Below are positions 13,424-30,850 of a stretch of DNA of 64,000 nucleotides, in pieces. The position numbers and the translations under genes were made by a program. The notes beneath the pieces were generated by a model. The model was not told where the DNA came from. It searched no databases and worked only from the letters and a program-made list of their open reading frames with translations. The first letter of the stretch is position 1. The number at the start of each line of letters is the position of its first letter. The stretch covers positions 30,193,504-30,257,503 of the forward strand of contig OZ037765.1 of NCBI GenBank assembly GCA_964035545.1, given 5' to 3'. This DNA comes from Bugula neritina (Eukaryota; Animalia; Bryozoa).

Positions 13424-14989
13424 GTCACCTCCACATATACAGCTCTATAGCACCAAAAACATATACTATAGCAAAAGATGAAATTTACTAACCACTATAT
13501 TGATTTACTTCTAACACAATCATATTTAATTCATATTTGAGATAAGAATTGTCTCTATTTTAAGGAACATTACTCTATTAAGACATGTAATAAACTAAGC
13601 CCTTTGAAGCCCGTGACCATTAAAAATTCAGTATAATTCTGTAGAGGTAGTGGAATACATATAAATACATATTGAACTAACATATATATAAGATGATTGT
13701 ACACGTGAGCTCAAAAAGCCAATACAAATTAAAATCTTTAGTCTTAAAATAATACTAATATGAACTTTTTGAATATTAGATTATGTTGACATATTATTGC
13801 GTATTTGTATAGCAGTTGTATAGTGTAGACAACTCCAAAAGTTATGCTTGCATATAATGTTGTAGATGAATACAGACAAATAAAATTATTCTAAATTAGC
13901 TTATTTTATTGTAAACCTTGCCCTTTTAGAACCATGATAATTATCTCAGTAACTAAACTATTGCATTGAAAAACTACACCACACTTGAACTTCAAGTATA
14001 CCTCTCTATATTTTGACATTGTTATTTTATCCCATTGTTGTTTGAAGTGTGTATTTTATAATTATGTGCAGTAGATGTGTGTAACAAGTATAAACTATAG
14101 ATTTTTTACACAATATTGGTGAAATCTTACAAACTCTTTATATAAAGTGAATTGAGTGCTAAACTGTTTTTAATTTTATAAAACACATGTTAATAAAAAA
14201 TTGCATGTTTTTAACCTCACCTATGTTTTAAGATTGTTTTGAAAATTTGTTATAAATATACATAGGAGGAAAAATTTGCATTGACCACATTCAAATTGTG
14301 TATTCAGTACAAACACATCACTGCCACATGAGTAATTATGATTGCACTGTTTGAAACCCTGTTTTCCATACTCTATAATTTTCAGAGGCACAAAGCTTAC
14401 AAAAGTTTTAAACAGCCCATCAATTGATCAAACCTGAAGGCATAAGATACTAAACACATCCATTGGTCCAAAATGCAAGTACAGCAGTGGTGGTAAAATT
14501 GCTATTATTTAAAAACTGTCTGTAAACTGTGAAATAATGTAAAATTAATATTATCATTATATTAATACTAATAGCAATAGCAAAACTAAAATTTGATAGT
14601 AGAACTCTATTTAATAGACATTCGCATAGTGATAATGATAGTCACGCCAAAACCATAACAATAATCATAATGACAGCATTCACATTTAAGCTATACTTAT
14701 ACTTAGTCTTATAGTTTATTACTATTAGCTATAATTACTCTTAGAGCAACGCTAAATCTAAATTACTAAAAGTAATTAACTTTCACTTTAAGTTAATAAT
14801 AATTCATTAACTGTAAAACTAAAATAAAAATTGAATCAGAATGTACACAGAAAGTGCAATCTTTACAGTTGTCGTTGAGTAGGTAAAACTTAAACTGAAA
14901 GTAAATGCAATAATTATATTTATAAGTAAAAGTATAACGAAAATTATTTTATCTATTTAGAAAATTTAAGTTTGTTACACTCACAGTTA

Positions 14990-15234
14990 GTGTTACTATT
15001 AGTATTACTAATACTTGCACTTCAAGTTGTAGTAGTACTAGTACTAGTCACTTAGAGTTAGTGTAGTAGTACTAGTAGTTGAGTAGTACTAGTACTACTA
15101 CTAGTTAAGTAGTAGTACTACCACTATAACTATTACTATTATTAGTATTAGTAGTACTAGTGGGGTAGTACTACTGTCTATGTCTACTACTAGTACTAAT
15201 AGTAGTACTAGTACTATTAGTACTACCAGTACTG

Positions 15235-15273
<39 letters not shown>

Positions 15274-15280
15274 CTAGTTT
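14990..15280. repeat. Low-complexity (AGT/ACT)n tract rich in AGTACT and ACTAGT palindromes
   Basis: Degenerate trinucleotide repeat with a pure (AGT)n run at ~15237-15272; source of the spurious poly-Leu ORF. Confidence 0.9.
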
Positions 15281-15484
15281 AACTGTCATATTCAAGTTCA
15301 AGTTGTACTTGCAGTTGTTACGATAACGAACTGATAATATAGCAAATAATAATTACTAATGACCATTGCATTTTGTTAGCGATACTAATAGTAATAGTGC
15401 AACAACAACTCTTGGTAAACTGATTTTTATAATCATGATCATAATTATTGGTATTACAATAATAATTTTTTACTTCTAACTTTA

Positions 15485-15880
15485 AATTTTGCGCCGGATA
15501 CACAAATTTTTTGACGGGGCCTGCGCCAATAAGCTCTATTGCGAGTTCAGGTGTCATAGCGCTTAAGTTACAGGTGCAGGTAAATTTATTTTCTGTTAAT
15601 ACCCTCTCATATTTAATTAGGTAAGAATAAGGTTTTGTTCTATTGTATGCACAAATGTGGTGCAATATCTACCTAAACATATTACATTACATTATGATTA
15701 TTCATTTTGTGAACAATTAGAATAACTATAAGTATAAGAATTTTAGCAAATCATTTATTAGGCGAGTAGACGTTCACGTTGTACTCCTACTAGTAGATGG
15801 TTCGGGTGATGTTTTACTTTTTGAGCAGCAGGCAAAGAAGCTATTGCAATATAGTTTGCAATGGCGGCTTCTTAACACTA
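15485..15880. promoter_or_regulatory. Putative promoter region between the divergent RhoGEF and LRRC47 genes
   Basis: Locally CpG-richer patches inside very AT-rich DNA; GCCAAT at ~15525; plus-strand donor-like CAG|GTAAAT at ~15579 that could end a non-coding LRRC47 exon; YY1-like AATGGCGGC at ~15860. Confidence 0.35.
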
Positions 15881-15899
15881 ACAGTAACAGTTATTGTTA

Positions 15900-16290
15900 A
15901 CTAACCGCAATACTGTCACTAGGCCTAACAGTAATACTAATAGTAATACTGTATTAGTTATACTTTTATTCATATTCATAAATTGTAGTATTAGTAAAAC
16001 TAATTGGAAATAATGTTAGACCTAATAATGCTAATAGTAATAGTAATACTTATACTAGTACTAATACTAATAGTAATACTAATACTAATAGTATTAGTAC
16101 TAGTATTAGTAATACTAATACTAATACTAATACTAATAGCAATACACTTACAGTGTTACTAATACTAACAGTAATAGTGCTACTAATAGTAATCTTATTA
16201 TTATTACTATATTAATATTAGTATTATACTTATAGTTTTGATTATAATAGTAATAATAATAATAATCATAATAAGTTATAATGGTAATAA
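15900..16290. repeat. Low-complexity (TAATAC/TAATAG/TAA)n tract
   Basis: Degenerate hexa- and trinucleotide repeat, read directly. Confidence 0.85.
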
Positions 16291-16633
16291 TAAAATATTT
16301 GCATAGTTTTTTGATTGATTTTTATTATCTTTAAGAGTTCCTAGGAAGATATTTTTATTTTCATTTTATTAATCACAGTGAGTGTTGTACTTTTAATTTT
16401 GTAATTTTAATAAATAATATTCATATTGAACATTTCCTTTGCTTTTAGTTTATAAATTCTTGCATATTGATAATGCTAATAGTAATATTTTCCGTTATAT
16501 TTTCATTTCATTCCTTAATTACGCAACAAAAATATGTTTATGCTTCATACAGACTTCTGTGTTGTAATTTGTATATTACTATATACATCACAAGTTTTAT
16601 ATATTCTAGAATTCTAGAAAATTCAAATACATA

Positions 16634-19911
<3,278 letters not shown>

Positions 19912-21526
19912 GCAATGCTGGTTGCTCAGCAATACCACATGTTATGGGATGTTTATTGTGACTTAGATTCACTAAGTTATTACATTCTCTACATTGAAGT
20001 AATTCAATATCATGATTAGATATTTTATGTGTAGTATCTATTCGTAAGGCTGAAACCTTGTAGAACTTTTAAATAGTTTAATATTGTTGTAAGCTTAGGT
20101 TCTCACATGTTGGTAGAAGCAGCTGAAGTGTTCACTTTCCCCTGAGTCACTTCCAGTCTGTAAAACACGAGATTCTGTGTACCAGTCATTTAAATATTAG
20201 GCATGCTTTTCTGTGCCGATGGAAGTTCAAGAAATTGAAAGTATTATTTGTTTCATCATTTTGCGTAAAGTTATCGTTGAAAGATATAGCTTGAAATTCT
20301 ATTTGTTAAATGTGTTGTATTGAAATCAAAATTGATTATGCTTTCATTGATGTATACTTTTATGTTAAAACTTTGGTCGAAACTGATTTTTTCGAAACGT
20401 GACTGTGGTTTGTGGCAATACCTTTGTAGGCATACTCGAAAATATTATATGATATAGCGCATTAGCCTTGAATAAGGTTTGAGTGTTCACTAATCCAACA
20501 TTGTCCACAATATTCAACCTCATACTTGTCATAGTAAAACTTTTATGAATATTGTTGTACCTGAAAATTTTGAAGTAAAATATTTTGTCTCAATCTTGTT
20601 AAAAATTTTCATTTGATCTGTATTGCAAATGTTCTCTAAATACACCTAATATTGTGAGCCAGTATGATAAATAGACAGTTTTGCAACTACATCTAGATTC
20701 TAACATGATCTTATTTCAAGTAATGCACTGCTACTTGTGTTTAATACTGCATTTGTTTCTTCTTGCTCTTGAACTGTGATAGGAGGGCTAGCAAAGGGTG
20801 TGGTTTGTAGATGAGTTCAAATAAGATAGCTATTAACTATTAGGTAATAATATTTTTTGTCAATGTTTTTGCAAATTTAGCCCACAATTTCATCCAAGCC
20901 TAGCTGCATTACAAAATGAATTATGAAATTTATTACTGTTAAGAAGTTAAACTCATTCATTAGTGATTATAATATGTTTATTAATGTCAATAAGAAAATC
21001 TGTGTTGTAAATTGTTATCAAACATAATGAAACCTCGGTATAGTATTTCTTACATAACTTTTCAACCCAACAGAAGTGTAGAATGTTGAAGTTATTTTAT
21101 TGATTCGCTGCATCACATCTACAATACTGATGAATCTCAATAAGTGTCTTACCAACAACCTATACATTTAGCACCAACTCTTGTAATCTTAGAAAAATAA
21201 TTAATGAAAAGGCTAGTCTAAAAATATAGTTTAAATAAAAATGCATGAAATAAAAGTCTTCCAAATTATATGTAAATAGTGAATGCGATTTTTGAAAAAA
21301 TTTAGCTTGGCGATTGTATAAAACTAACAAAAAGCAGACTTAAAAGATATCAAAACAAATTATTATGCATTTCGACCAATAAATACACTAAATTTGTGTT
21401 CAGTATATACAACAAGTAGTAGGAAAAATTCAAAATGTAGCTTAGATAATAGTAATAATGGCTATCAATACATTACAAATAGATAATAAACAAAGATAGT
21501 AATTAGCATGATGTCCAACTAATCGA

Positions 21527-23722
21527 TTACAATGCAGGTGATGCTTCCAATTTCCCATTTTCTTCAGGTTTTGATTCCTCTGCTGCATTAGCTTTTTCTT
21601 TCAATTTTTCTAGTTCCTTGTACTTCTTCATACCAGATGCTGGTATAGCCGCAGCACAGAGCAGGCATGTCACAGCTACAGTCCCCAGGGTCATCCACAG
21701 GTATCTGAAAAGCAGGCACATTTCTCTACAACGCTTACTATAAATATCATGTGAAATATTCTTCTGTTGCACACACACACTTCTGTCAACAAGAAAAAAT
21801 CACTGTCTCAATTATGTGTGTCAATTTATGTGATTATTTTTTAACAACCAAGTTTTCACAGGAACTTTTGAGAGAGACCGTATCATAACTTTCATTCGAG
21901 AAGATTAATTTTGTTCAATAGAGTGTAGAGTGCAAATTTACAGTCTAAAATAATCGAAACAGCATTGCTAATTCTAACTTCATGCTACTGGTTCAATATG
22001 ACTTAGTGAACTCTGTTGTACATTTTCAAGTCATACAAATTAGAATATTTAGTTCGATTGTTACCAGCCCAGTCTCAAGTGAACCGCACTGAAGAATGTA
22101 TCAGCCTTTAAAAAGATAGCTGCATGCAGTATTTTAGAAACCCAACTACTCCACCTCCATCCCGAATACTAGAAAACACTTACTTAGTCTTATATTCAGT
22201 GTTGACGTATTCCATGCAATAACCCCGATCCTTAGCTTCTGGAAACTCCCATATATTGCAGGTAGAATCGATGATCGTCCCGTAAAGTATAGGCGCTGGT
22301 ATCCAAGCTAGTAGGCTAGCTAGACTAGACTGAATTCCTAGAGCAAAACTTTTGTCATCCTCACCTACTGACCTAAACATACAACACCCGAGTCTACAGC
22401 ACATTTGACATTCTCATAAAAAGTAGGAGTCATAAAGGCTATAGTTTTGTGCATATCTCGTTGCAGTTCCACCCGACAGCATTTACTGGCTACTAAAATT
22501 ATCAGTTGTATGTACTACAACTGAAAATACATCCGCATAATGCACTAAAGATACAAGAGTTGCTTTCCCTTTTCTCTTCGGCTGAAGTGAAAGTCTATGT
22601 ACCTACACCCATATTAGCAAGTACTTGTTAGCAAAAATTAAAAGATGTTTAATCATGTTATTTAATATGTTATTAGAAATGCTACTTTATACTTCAAGAG
22701 TTGTCTGAAACAACATTAAAACCATATTATCGTATTACAGTATTAAACAGTATTACAGTATTACCTCATAATAATGTTGATGCCGACACTAACACAGGAT
22801 CCTAAGCTAGCCATAGATAAGATAGCGAAAACCATGTAGATGTATGGTGCATTACAAGTTTCAGGTTGGCAAATACCATCCACCATTGTTATGTTCTGTC
22901 CACACAAACACCCCGTGTAATGCTAAAATATAATAAGCTGCTGGTAGAGAAAGCTTGTTAAATGTATAGTATTTATTTGAAATGCCATACAGAGAACCTG
23001 TTTAATGTACATCTTATGTGACTCAAGAAGTGAAAACTCAGTTTATAGAATATGTTAGTAGCATGCATAAGATACTAGTTGTATTTTCCAAAGAACCTAA
23101 AATTTTTAATTCTGAAATAAATTTTCTTCAATTCCGTTGCAGATGAGAAATTTACAGTGAACAATTTACACAGGATATTATAATGAGTTGTTTGAAGATG
23201 GATGCAAAAACACTATTTTTCTGTGAGTTTTTGGTTCTAGCAAAGAAATTAAAAAAAAAGATTTTGCACGAATAACCAATTGCATGTTGGCCATACACTT
23301 TAATGTCATGATTTGAAACCCAGGTTTTTTGTGCATATAAGTGACAAATCAGGACTGGATCAATTTTGACACAATCAAAGTTGAGTTGATGCAAACTTAA
23401 CCAAGGACAAGTCAAGGTCAAGACTGCTACTTACAATTCTATCATCAATAGTGGTGTACCCATCACAGCCAACTATGCAGGGGGATTTGTAAGTTTGGCC
23501 ATCATAACACAGTGGTACGTACATATCTGCATCGCACTTGCATGGATCTATACAGCTTCTGAAATATTACAATTTCATACGAGGCATTTGTTCAATTTAT
23601 AACACATTTGTCTATATACAGGCATGTTCACATTCAGGTAAATAAATAATGGTAGCAACAATAATTATATATAATAATATAATATATTCTATATATACAT
23701 TATATATAAAATTGTATATATA

Positions 23723-23794
<72 letters not shown>

Positions 23795-26700
23795 GTGCTG
23801 ATGAGGGGACAAATCCCGAAACAGCTGCTGTCTACATATTGAGATACATATACATGTATAAATTAAACACACTTACGAAGTATTTGCAGGGGAGAGTTGT
23901 GATGAAAACTGTTCACAAGTGAGAAAATGGGTTGGTATTAAGAAAATAGCTCCCAGTCCAGTAGCAACAGTAAGAAATATTACATTCTTTTGAAGACTCA
24001 ATTTGTACTTTGAAGTCAGAAAACCTCCAACAAATACAGCAACAGCGCCAAACAGAGGTGGAAGTGCTCCTAAACCATGTAATAAGGCAACAACACTTGA
24101 ATTATAACAAATTAGGTTAAGAAAATGAATTTATTTCGTATTGGAATAGTTTAGGTAAAGCTCAAATGAATAGACTGAAGTTTTAAAGGCCAATTAATTA
24201 ATTTGTTATAGTTATGGTGCTGTGAGCTCCCTCAAATAGAGCCATGACAACTTTCAGCAAGTGTCTCAGGCTAAAATTGATTTCTGGCTTTCAAAACTGG
24301 GCACGGCAATCCACACCCCAAACCAAAAGATATAAATATTGTATCAGAAATAAATTAATGCCAAAACTAACAGAGTTACTATCGAATATACCAGATAACA
24401 GGTTGCAACTACTGTAGCACAGGTATACTTTGTAAATATACTGCTGGGGTACTTCAACATGGCAATATATTAAAGAGAGATTGCACGCAGCTATACGTAA
24501 TATATGTTCAACATATATACCTCCATAAATACTAGCATCTGAAGCACTAAAATTAAACACAGTTTCAAAGTATTTGGGGAGAAATCCAGTCCACCCTGAA
24601 GTGTAGTAACCAGCTGTGCAGTTGGCAAGCATAACCAGTAAGTATAGTGGGTTTGTGAACAGTCTACCCAGAGATTTGAACAGTCCTACAAAAAACCAAC
24701 CAGCAGATATAACTATATAAGTAAAGATCCGCCAACAGACTATAAGTAATAGTGACAGCACTTAATAATGCCACTAAATCTATAAATCTGTACTCTGTAC
24801 ATATTTTTATTTTTCAACTGTTTAAATATAACTGCATCAACTTACATGTAGTATCTACTGTAAAATGATCAGTAACAGTCAAGTGTTAGATGTTGGTTTA
24901 CTAAACTAGTAAAATTTGTTGTTAAAACATTTTACTACTAAAAGCTTTTTTAGAGAATGATAGGACGAATTCATCGGGTAAAATTTTCGCCTTTAGTTCA
25001 CTCCATTTACTTACAAGTGCACTTACATGTATGTAGTGATATAGCTTTCTAAATAACGTTTCAGTATAACTTGAATTTAAACCCACCTGACGCTTTATAA
25101 CAACAGTCAATTAAATTCCTACACTACTACAGTTGCACACCAATAAAAGTCCATATAATATATGTAATAGTCTATATAGTGACAGGATATAAAATCCCCA
25201 ACCTGTTATGTTACGGGCTGCAGGTATTGCTACTTCAGTTTCTTCTACAAGTTTGTCAGCTTTTTCAGATGTTGAATTACAATTATCTTCCAGTTTTATA
25301 TCTTCTTTTGCTAAAATTGTTTCACTCAAACTAAGATTATTGTCTTCTATAGCTAGTATATTATAGCACCTTGTTATAATTATGTTTTATGTATTATGTT
25401 TTATTGTATGAACTACGTTTTATAGATTACCAGTATTGAGTCTAGGAGTTTTAGGAAGCTTCTTCGGGTACATGCAGAGTAGGAACACAAATGTTATTAG
25501 AAAGCCAGCGAATACAAAGTATCCAACCCAGTAAGCACCAATCCATTGTGAATCTGCCTCCGTCAGGTATGTTTCTGCATATAATGAAATATAATTAAGA
25601 GTAGTGCTTCCACTACCATTAAGTAGTGCAAACATTCAACATTATCTGAAGCCTTAATAGAAATCTCAATAAAAGCAGAGAAAACTTGGGCAAAATTATT
25701 ATGATTTTACTGAAGCACTACTATTTTGACTAATCCAGCCAAGTGCTATATATTTGCTGTAACTATACAGCTTATCAAAGGGCTCTTTGGCTTATACCAT
25801 ACTAAGTGACTGTGAATGAGTCATAACATAATGCTATTAATAGACTCAGTGTCCCAATATTATATTCTCTTCGACTAGCAAAAGTAGTTACTGAAGGTAA
25901 TAATTTAGTCAAGTTAGCACTGTTTTTGCTAATTTACAGCATGTTTTCCCATAAGATTCTCAACATATTAAATTCTTAGATGGTAGATAAAACCAACCAC
26001 CCAGCGTAACGTAGAGTTTGAGGAATGCCGCACCAGCTCCAAACCCCACAATTGGTCCGACGGTGTAACACGCCATGACAATAGCTACAAGCATACATTC
26101 ATATAAATTACTATAGTATTACCTGCGTTAGTATGGAAAGTAATTGATATAAATATACACAATATACATGCATGATTTTCACTAGAGTGCTTTAACTATC
26201 ATTTCTAACTCTAAAGGTAAAACTTTTTTCTAGAAAAGTAAGAGATACTCTGATTGAAGATTGAAATGTTGTCAACTTACACACATACTTGGCCGTATCG
26301 TGTACATCTTCCACGTTATTATCAATATAAACCAGACTGAGGCAGTAAAATGGCGCATATCCGAGTCCCATTATAAATCCACCAATGCAATACAAGATTG
26401 TGGCAGGAATGTTTTGGGCCTGTTCTTTATTTGCCACTAAAAATATAGTAAAAATGTTATAAATTGATAATCATTCAATTCAATGGAGACACTGAAAATA
26501 CATTATCATGTAGTTGCATTACACTGGGTGCATCATGTTTCAATATAGTAATAAAAATGCACCATTCCAAACAAACTGTCAAAGTGGAAATATTAAAGCA
26601 TCATATGAAGTATCTTAGGTATTTATCATCAAAGCCATTTTCAAGTGCAGATAAACTACAAAGCTTATTGTTTCCCACTGTTACTATATAATTTATATAT

Positions 26701-29700
26701 CATATATAAAAGTGTACAACTCAGGGAGCAGCTGTGGTACAGTGGTTAGAGTGCTGGCCTAGTAAACACAAGGTCAGCGGTTCGAGTCCACACACCAGCA
26801 GTGATGTTAGAAAGAGCATTTAGTCATAGTTGCTTCAGTGCCAAATTAGGATAAGTCCTTAGCCTGCTTTAAAAAACCCCTACCACCTAGGGTTCTCACA
26901 GGGATGGTGACTAGAAACTCAAGCAAGTTTTCATATGAAATCATCCAACTTTCTTACCAGTAGTGTTGTTGGTAAGCACAGTGGTGGTGGTAGCAATCAT
27001 CTGAGATGAAGTCTGACACAGAGACCTGCAAATTTTAATATAAAAAAAGTTTTTATCACAGATACACCCTCTTGTGTAAATATTTATGGTGAATCGTTTT
27101 CAAGTAGACACAAGGTTTTATCAGTCCAAAACAATCAGTTGTGTTACATAAATTCAAAGAGTTTGGAATGATAGATAACGTTGCAATTCCATTATAGTCA
27201 ATTAACAATTATTGTTTAGAAGAGTTCTGTAGAAAAACACTTCTAAAGTTGGAGAGTTGAATTGAATAAAAACTATAGTCATCATGATATATAACTCACA
27301 AATAAGAGTAAATACATGCTTATAGGTTATAATAAATCAGCTACAGATACACACTACTTACTATGTATACTGTAACATGGGCTGCTGCAGATATGCATTA
27401 AACTCACTGTAGAATATTATGTTTGCTGCAGATAAGCCTTACTCACTTTAAAACATAATACTTGCTGCAGATATGCATTGCTGTAGAATATAATACTTGC
27501 TGCAGATATGCACTACTCACTGTGTTATGTGATCTGCAGCAGATATATCTTCATCTATACCTTTAAGCTTGTCCTTATAATCAATGAAGAAGTGAGGCAG
27601 TCCATGAAGTATACAGCCCGCAACAAACAGCAGGAGACCAGAGGCTAACACCTGAGTGAGCAGATTAGTACACAAGTACTGGCATTTTCATTGATAACAA
27701 TTTGACATTGAAAGACCTAGCTCTCTTTTTTCAATTCTTATCGCTCAAAGTGCCTTATCTTGTTCACACTAAGAAAGCATGATTTTTTATCCTAAACATT
27801 AAATTGAACTTTTGCTAACACTTAAAATGTGAGGTAGATGTAGCCTTAGAGTAAGTTTTTTCAAGTAGTGGATATTTCCATGAATTGCCTAACATTAAAA
27901 CTAAACTTTTCTTTAAATATAATTATCATGTGAGTTATTAGAAAACTAAAATTGTCTAAAAATTAATATGTTCAATTGCAGTTTCATTTTCCACAGCCTA
28001 TTTTATCTTCAAAATTTTTATTATCCTATGCTTTGTTTGACTTCAGCCTGAAACTAGTTTACTAAACTGTGATACGATTAGTTTATGAAAAATGAAACGT
28101 ATCTCAAGTGGCACTCTACAATATTTTTAAAAAGATAAATATATGATATCTAGACAATTAAATTGTAGAACTATGAATAAAAACATAGATATATGAGGTA
28201 GATTTAGCAGCTATGATACATGAAAATAAATTAAAAAGCTGCAATAGAGAGATCCCCTGTAGCAAAATGCCGTGTGTTAAATTTAATTTCCTAATAGATT
28301 TTCCATCAAGCTAAGCTTATACTTATATTCAACATGCAAAAGTAATGCAACTCGAAAACTGTGAAATGGCCCGGTTTCCATTGAATTTAATGCATGATGC
28401 AGCTTTGTCCATTTTAAATTATTTTACCAAAATTTGCAGAAACAAAGCAGTATAAGTGTTATATCTTACTCATTATACGATATAGCATTGGAAATGGTAA
28501 AATACTACTTTATCAATTAATGACAAAATATATCTCATTTTCCTTAAATAATAAGTAACAAAGCTTTCCTGCTCTTGTTATATAGGAGTGATATTAAACG
28601 ATGTTGAACATAGCCAAATAAATTAATATAAATATACAACATATCCAGACAATATCATATTAAAACTATCGACAAGAAAAGGTCCAACTCAAAGGTTCAA
28701 ACTTACTCTGGGTATGTGTTTAGAGGTGAGAAAATATGAAGAGAATACATTGGAGAGAATGCTGCCGACTTCAAACATAGCATACCAAACACCAATATCC
28801 TGAGAGCTGAATGAGAATACAGTTTGACTCGTTGTTTGCATGGAACTCATATATGTGTAGGAACCAACGACAGCCAAAGCTATGATGCCATTGGTTATGG
28901 AGTAGCACAGCAGGTTGGCACATTTCTGGAGACAAGAGCTGTTTTTCAGTCCCCCCACACCACAACGTCTGTCCTGATCTTCATCTGCCATTCTGAGAGG
29001 TTATAAACAAAACAGAAATATAAGCACAAGCAATGTCTGTATTAAGCAACAACCAAAATGTATGAAACGAAAATTACAGCATGACATACAGTTATATATT
29101 CAGTATAGTCCTTTACTACTGGAACTGTTACTAAAACACAATAAAGTTAGTTATTTAATAATGCAGATGATAAAATGATAAAAGAATACAATGTATTAAA
29201 CAACATACACTGAAAACTACAACTTCAACTTTTGAACTAACTTGATAAATAAATTTAAATAAAATGTGTGAAATCTACAATGAAAAATGTTGATTATATT
29301 ATCAGGTTCCCAAATTCAGAGAAACTTATTCATCGTGCTTGCAATATTTTTTATAGGTCAACATTTTTTCTACAACTACATGGTGAAAAATTAAGCTTGA
29401 TTGAAACACATTTTATAGCCACATAGAAATTGAGCACACACTTAAAAATTAGACATACATTTTAACTTTTAAAAATTATTTTTACACTAGAGACAAACTC
29501 ATTAATATTTATTCAAAAGACACATAAGACACAAACCATTAACTAAATTAAAGATGAAATTCTTCTCCAAAAAGTTCAAAAAATGTGGCATTATTGAACA
29601 ATTTTATAACATATGTAGTTGTTTTTATAATATATCATCACAACCGAAATGCTTAATTCAATTTCAAAATCAATTGGACATTTTGACATACAATGTTCTC

Positions 29701-30714
29701 CATGTGAATAGAGACACCTTGTTGTTTTATAAACGTGAATTGCTTTGAATGAATCAACATTAATGTGATTTAATTTTTAAAAAATTATTTAAAATCTTCA
29801 CTTGTTGATTTTTTGCAGAAAAGAAGTTGATCTTTGATCATCAAAAACAGATAATGTTTTACTCATAGCTAAGCTTTGATTGAATTACACAAACTAGAAC
29901 CTGTCTCTGTAAAAAATCTTAGAAAAAAGTATGCATTGTTAATACTATTATTACTACAGAGATAGCTTTTTCAAAAGTCATCTTGTCACAAAGACTGACT
30001 GTGGTTGAAAGAATGATGACGTGTAAGATTCTACTTCCACTGACTGAACACATCCAAATTTTACAGCTAAACCACTTTTCTGGTATAAAAATTGTCACTC
30101 AGGTATTTTAAATCATTGAATAGTAAAAATAAATGGCTGACCAAGTTGTTTTAAATTGGAAAAAAATGAAGTAGCATCAACTGGAAGAAATTGGAAATTT
30201 AAATCAAGCAGATATTCGTTTTCATACTGATAATGACGGTAATACTTACTTATACTCATTCATAGTCATATTTAATACTTATAGTTATACTGTATTGAGA
30301 GTAAGTACTGAGTTACAGTTACTATTAGTATTAATCTTCATAAATCCAAGTTCCAATCTTTAATTTTAAGCATAATGATAATAGACTTAATTATGGCATG
30401 CAATTTGCAAAATAGCTACTTATATTGAGCTTAGCTTATAACAAAATCCTTCACTGATATTGAAAGTGAAAGTCAAAGTTATTCAGCTACCTAAAATTAG
30501 ACATCTGCTTTTTTTCAGCAGCCACCTTTTCCAAAGAACAGCCATTATGATTTATTACAGATGAAGCTGAAGTGTGATGAAAAGTATCTGAAATAGTCAG
30601 ATTTGTGTCATATTCGTCATTGACCGAAGTATCTGAGTAGTTTTGAAAAAGTTTTACTCTGTCGCCAGAATCTTGAGATCTATATTCGGCCATATTTTTT
30701 CCGGTTTTTTCCAT
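21527..30714 (-). CDS. OATP/SLCO-family organic anion transporting polypeptide, ~747 aa, 14 exons
   Basis: Exons 30491-30714, 28707-28992, 27521-27651, 26958-27025, 26281-26436, 26001-26084, 25431-25574, 25203-25346, 24521-24685, 23877-24069, 23435-23558, 22765-22922, 22184-22372, 21527-21704. OATP signature DSQWIGAYWVGY, GLPHFF, YIDNNV, FLPKYFE, Kazal-like CKCDADMYVPLCYDGQTYKSPCIVGC, and DKSFALGIQ...WIPAPILYGTIIDSTCNIW. Subfamily not assignable by eye. Confidence 0.93.
23726..23792. repeat. (TA)n microsatellite
   Basis: Roughly 33 uninterrupted TA units in an SLCO intron. Confidence 0.98.
26724..26920 (+). mobile_element. tRNA-derived SINE (head resembles tRNA-Thr AGT) in an SLCO intron
   Basis: A-box TGGTACAGTGG and B-box GGTTCGAGTCC at tRNA spacing, CT-AGT-AA loop but unpaired anticodon and acceptor stems, followed by a non-tRNA body. 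3' boundary approximate. Confidence 0.7.
27345..27550. repeat. ~40-45-bp degenerate tandem repeat (core GCTGCAGATA) overlapping an SLCO exon end and donor
   Basis: Four to five copies; the most upstream copy (minus-strand sense) lies within exon 27521-27651. Confidence 0.8.
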
Positions 30715-30775
30715 AACAACGCTTTAAAATGGATTCCCGGAGATACAAACGTCTAATTGGTTGCCTGGTTCTACA

Positions 30776-30850
30776 CACGTGCAACATGCTTGACCCAGCG
30801 TGACCCGCTCCTCTACCCATATTTAACCTTTAACCCTTTAAATTGAGTCA
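30776..30850. promoter_or_regulatory. Putative SLCO proximal regulatory cluster: E-box, DR4 nuclear-receptor element, AP-1
   Basis: CACGTG 30776-30781; TGACCC-agcg-TGACCC 30791-30806; TGAGTCA 30844-30850; all 60-140 bp upstream of the predicted ATG. Motif matches only. Confidence 0.35.

Noticed and set aside
15101-15301. Poly-Leu/Val ORF resembling a signal peptide or TM protein
   Set aside because: Translation of the (AGT)n low-complexity tract.
23612-23872. ORF with (YI)n repeat
   Set aside because: Translation of the (TA)n microsatellite inside an SLCO intron.
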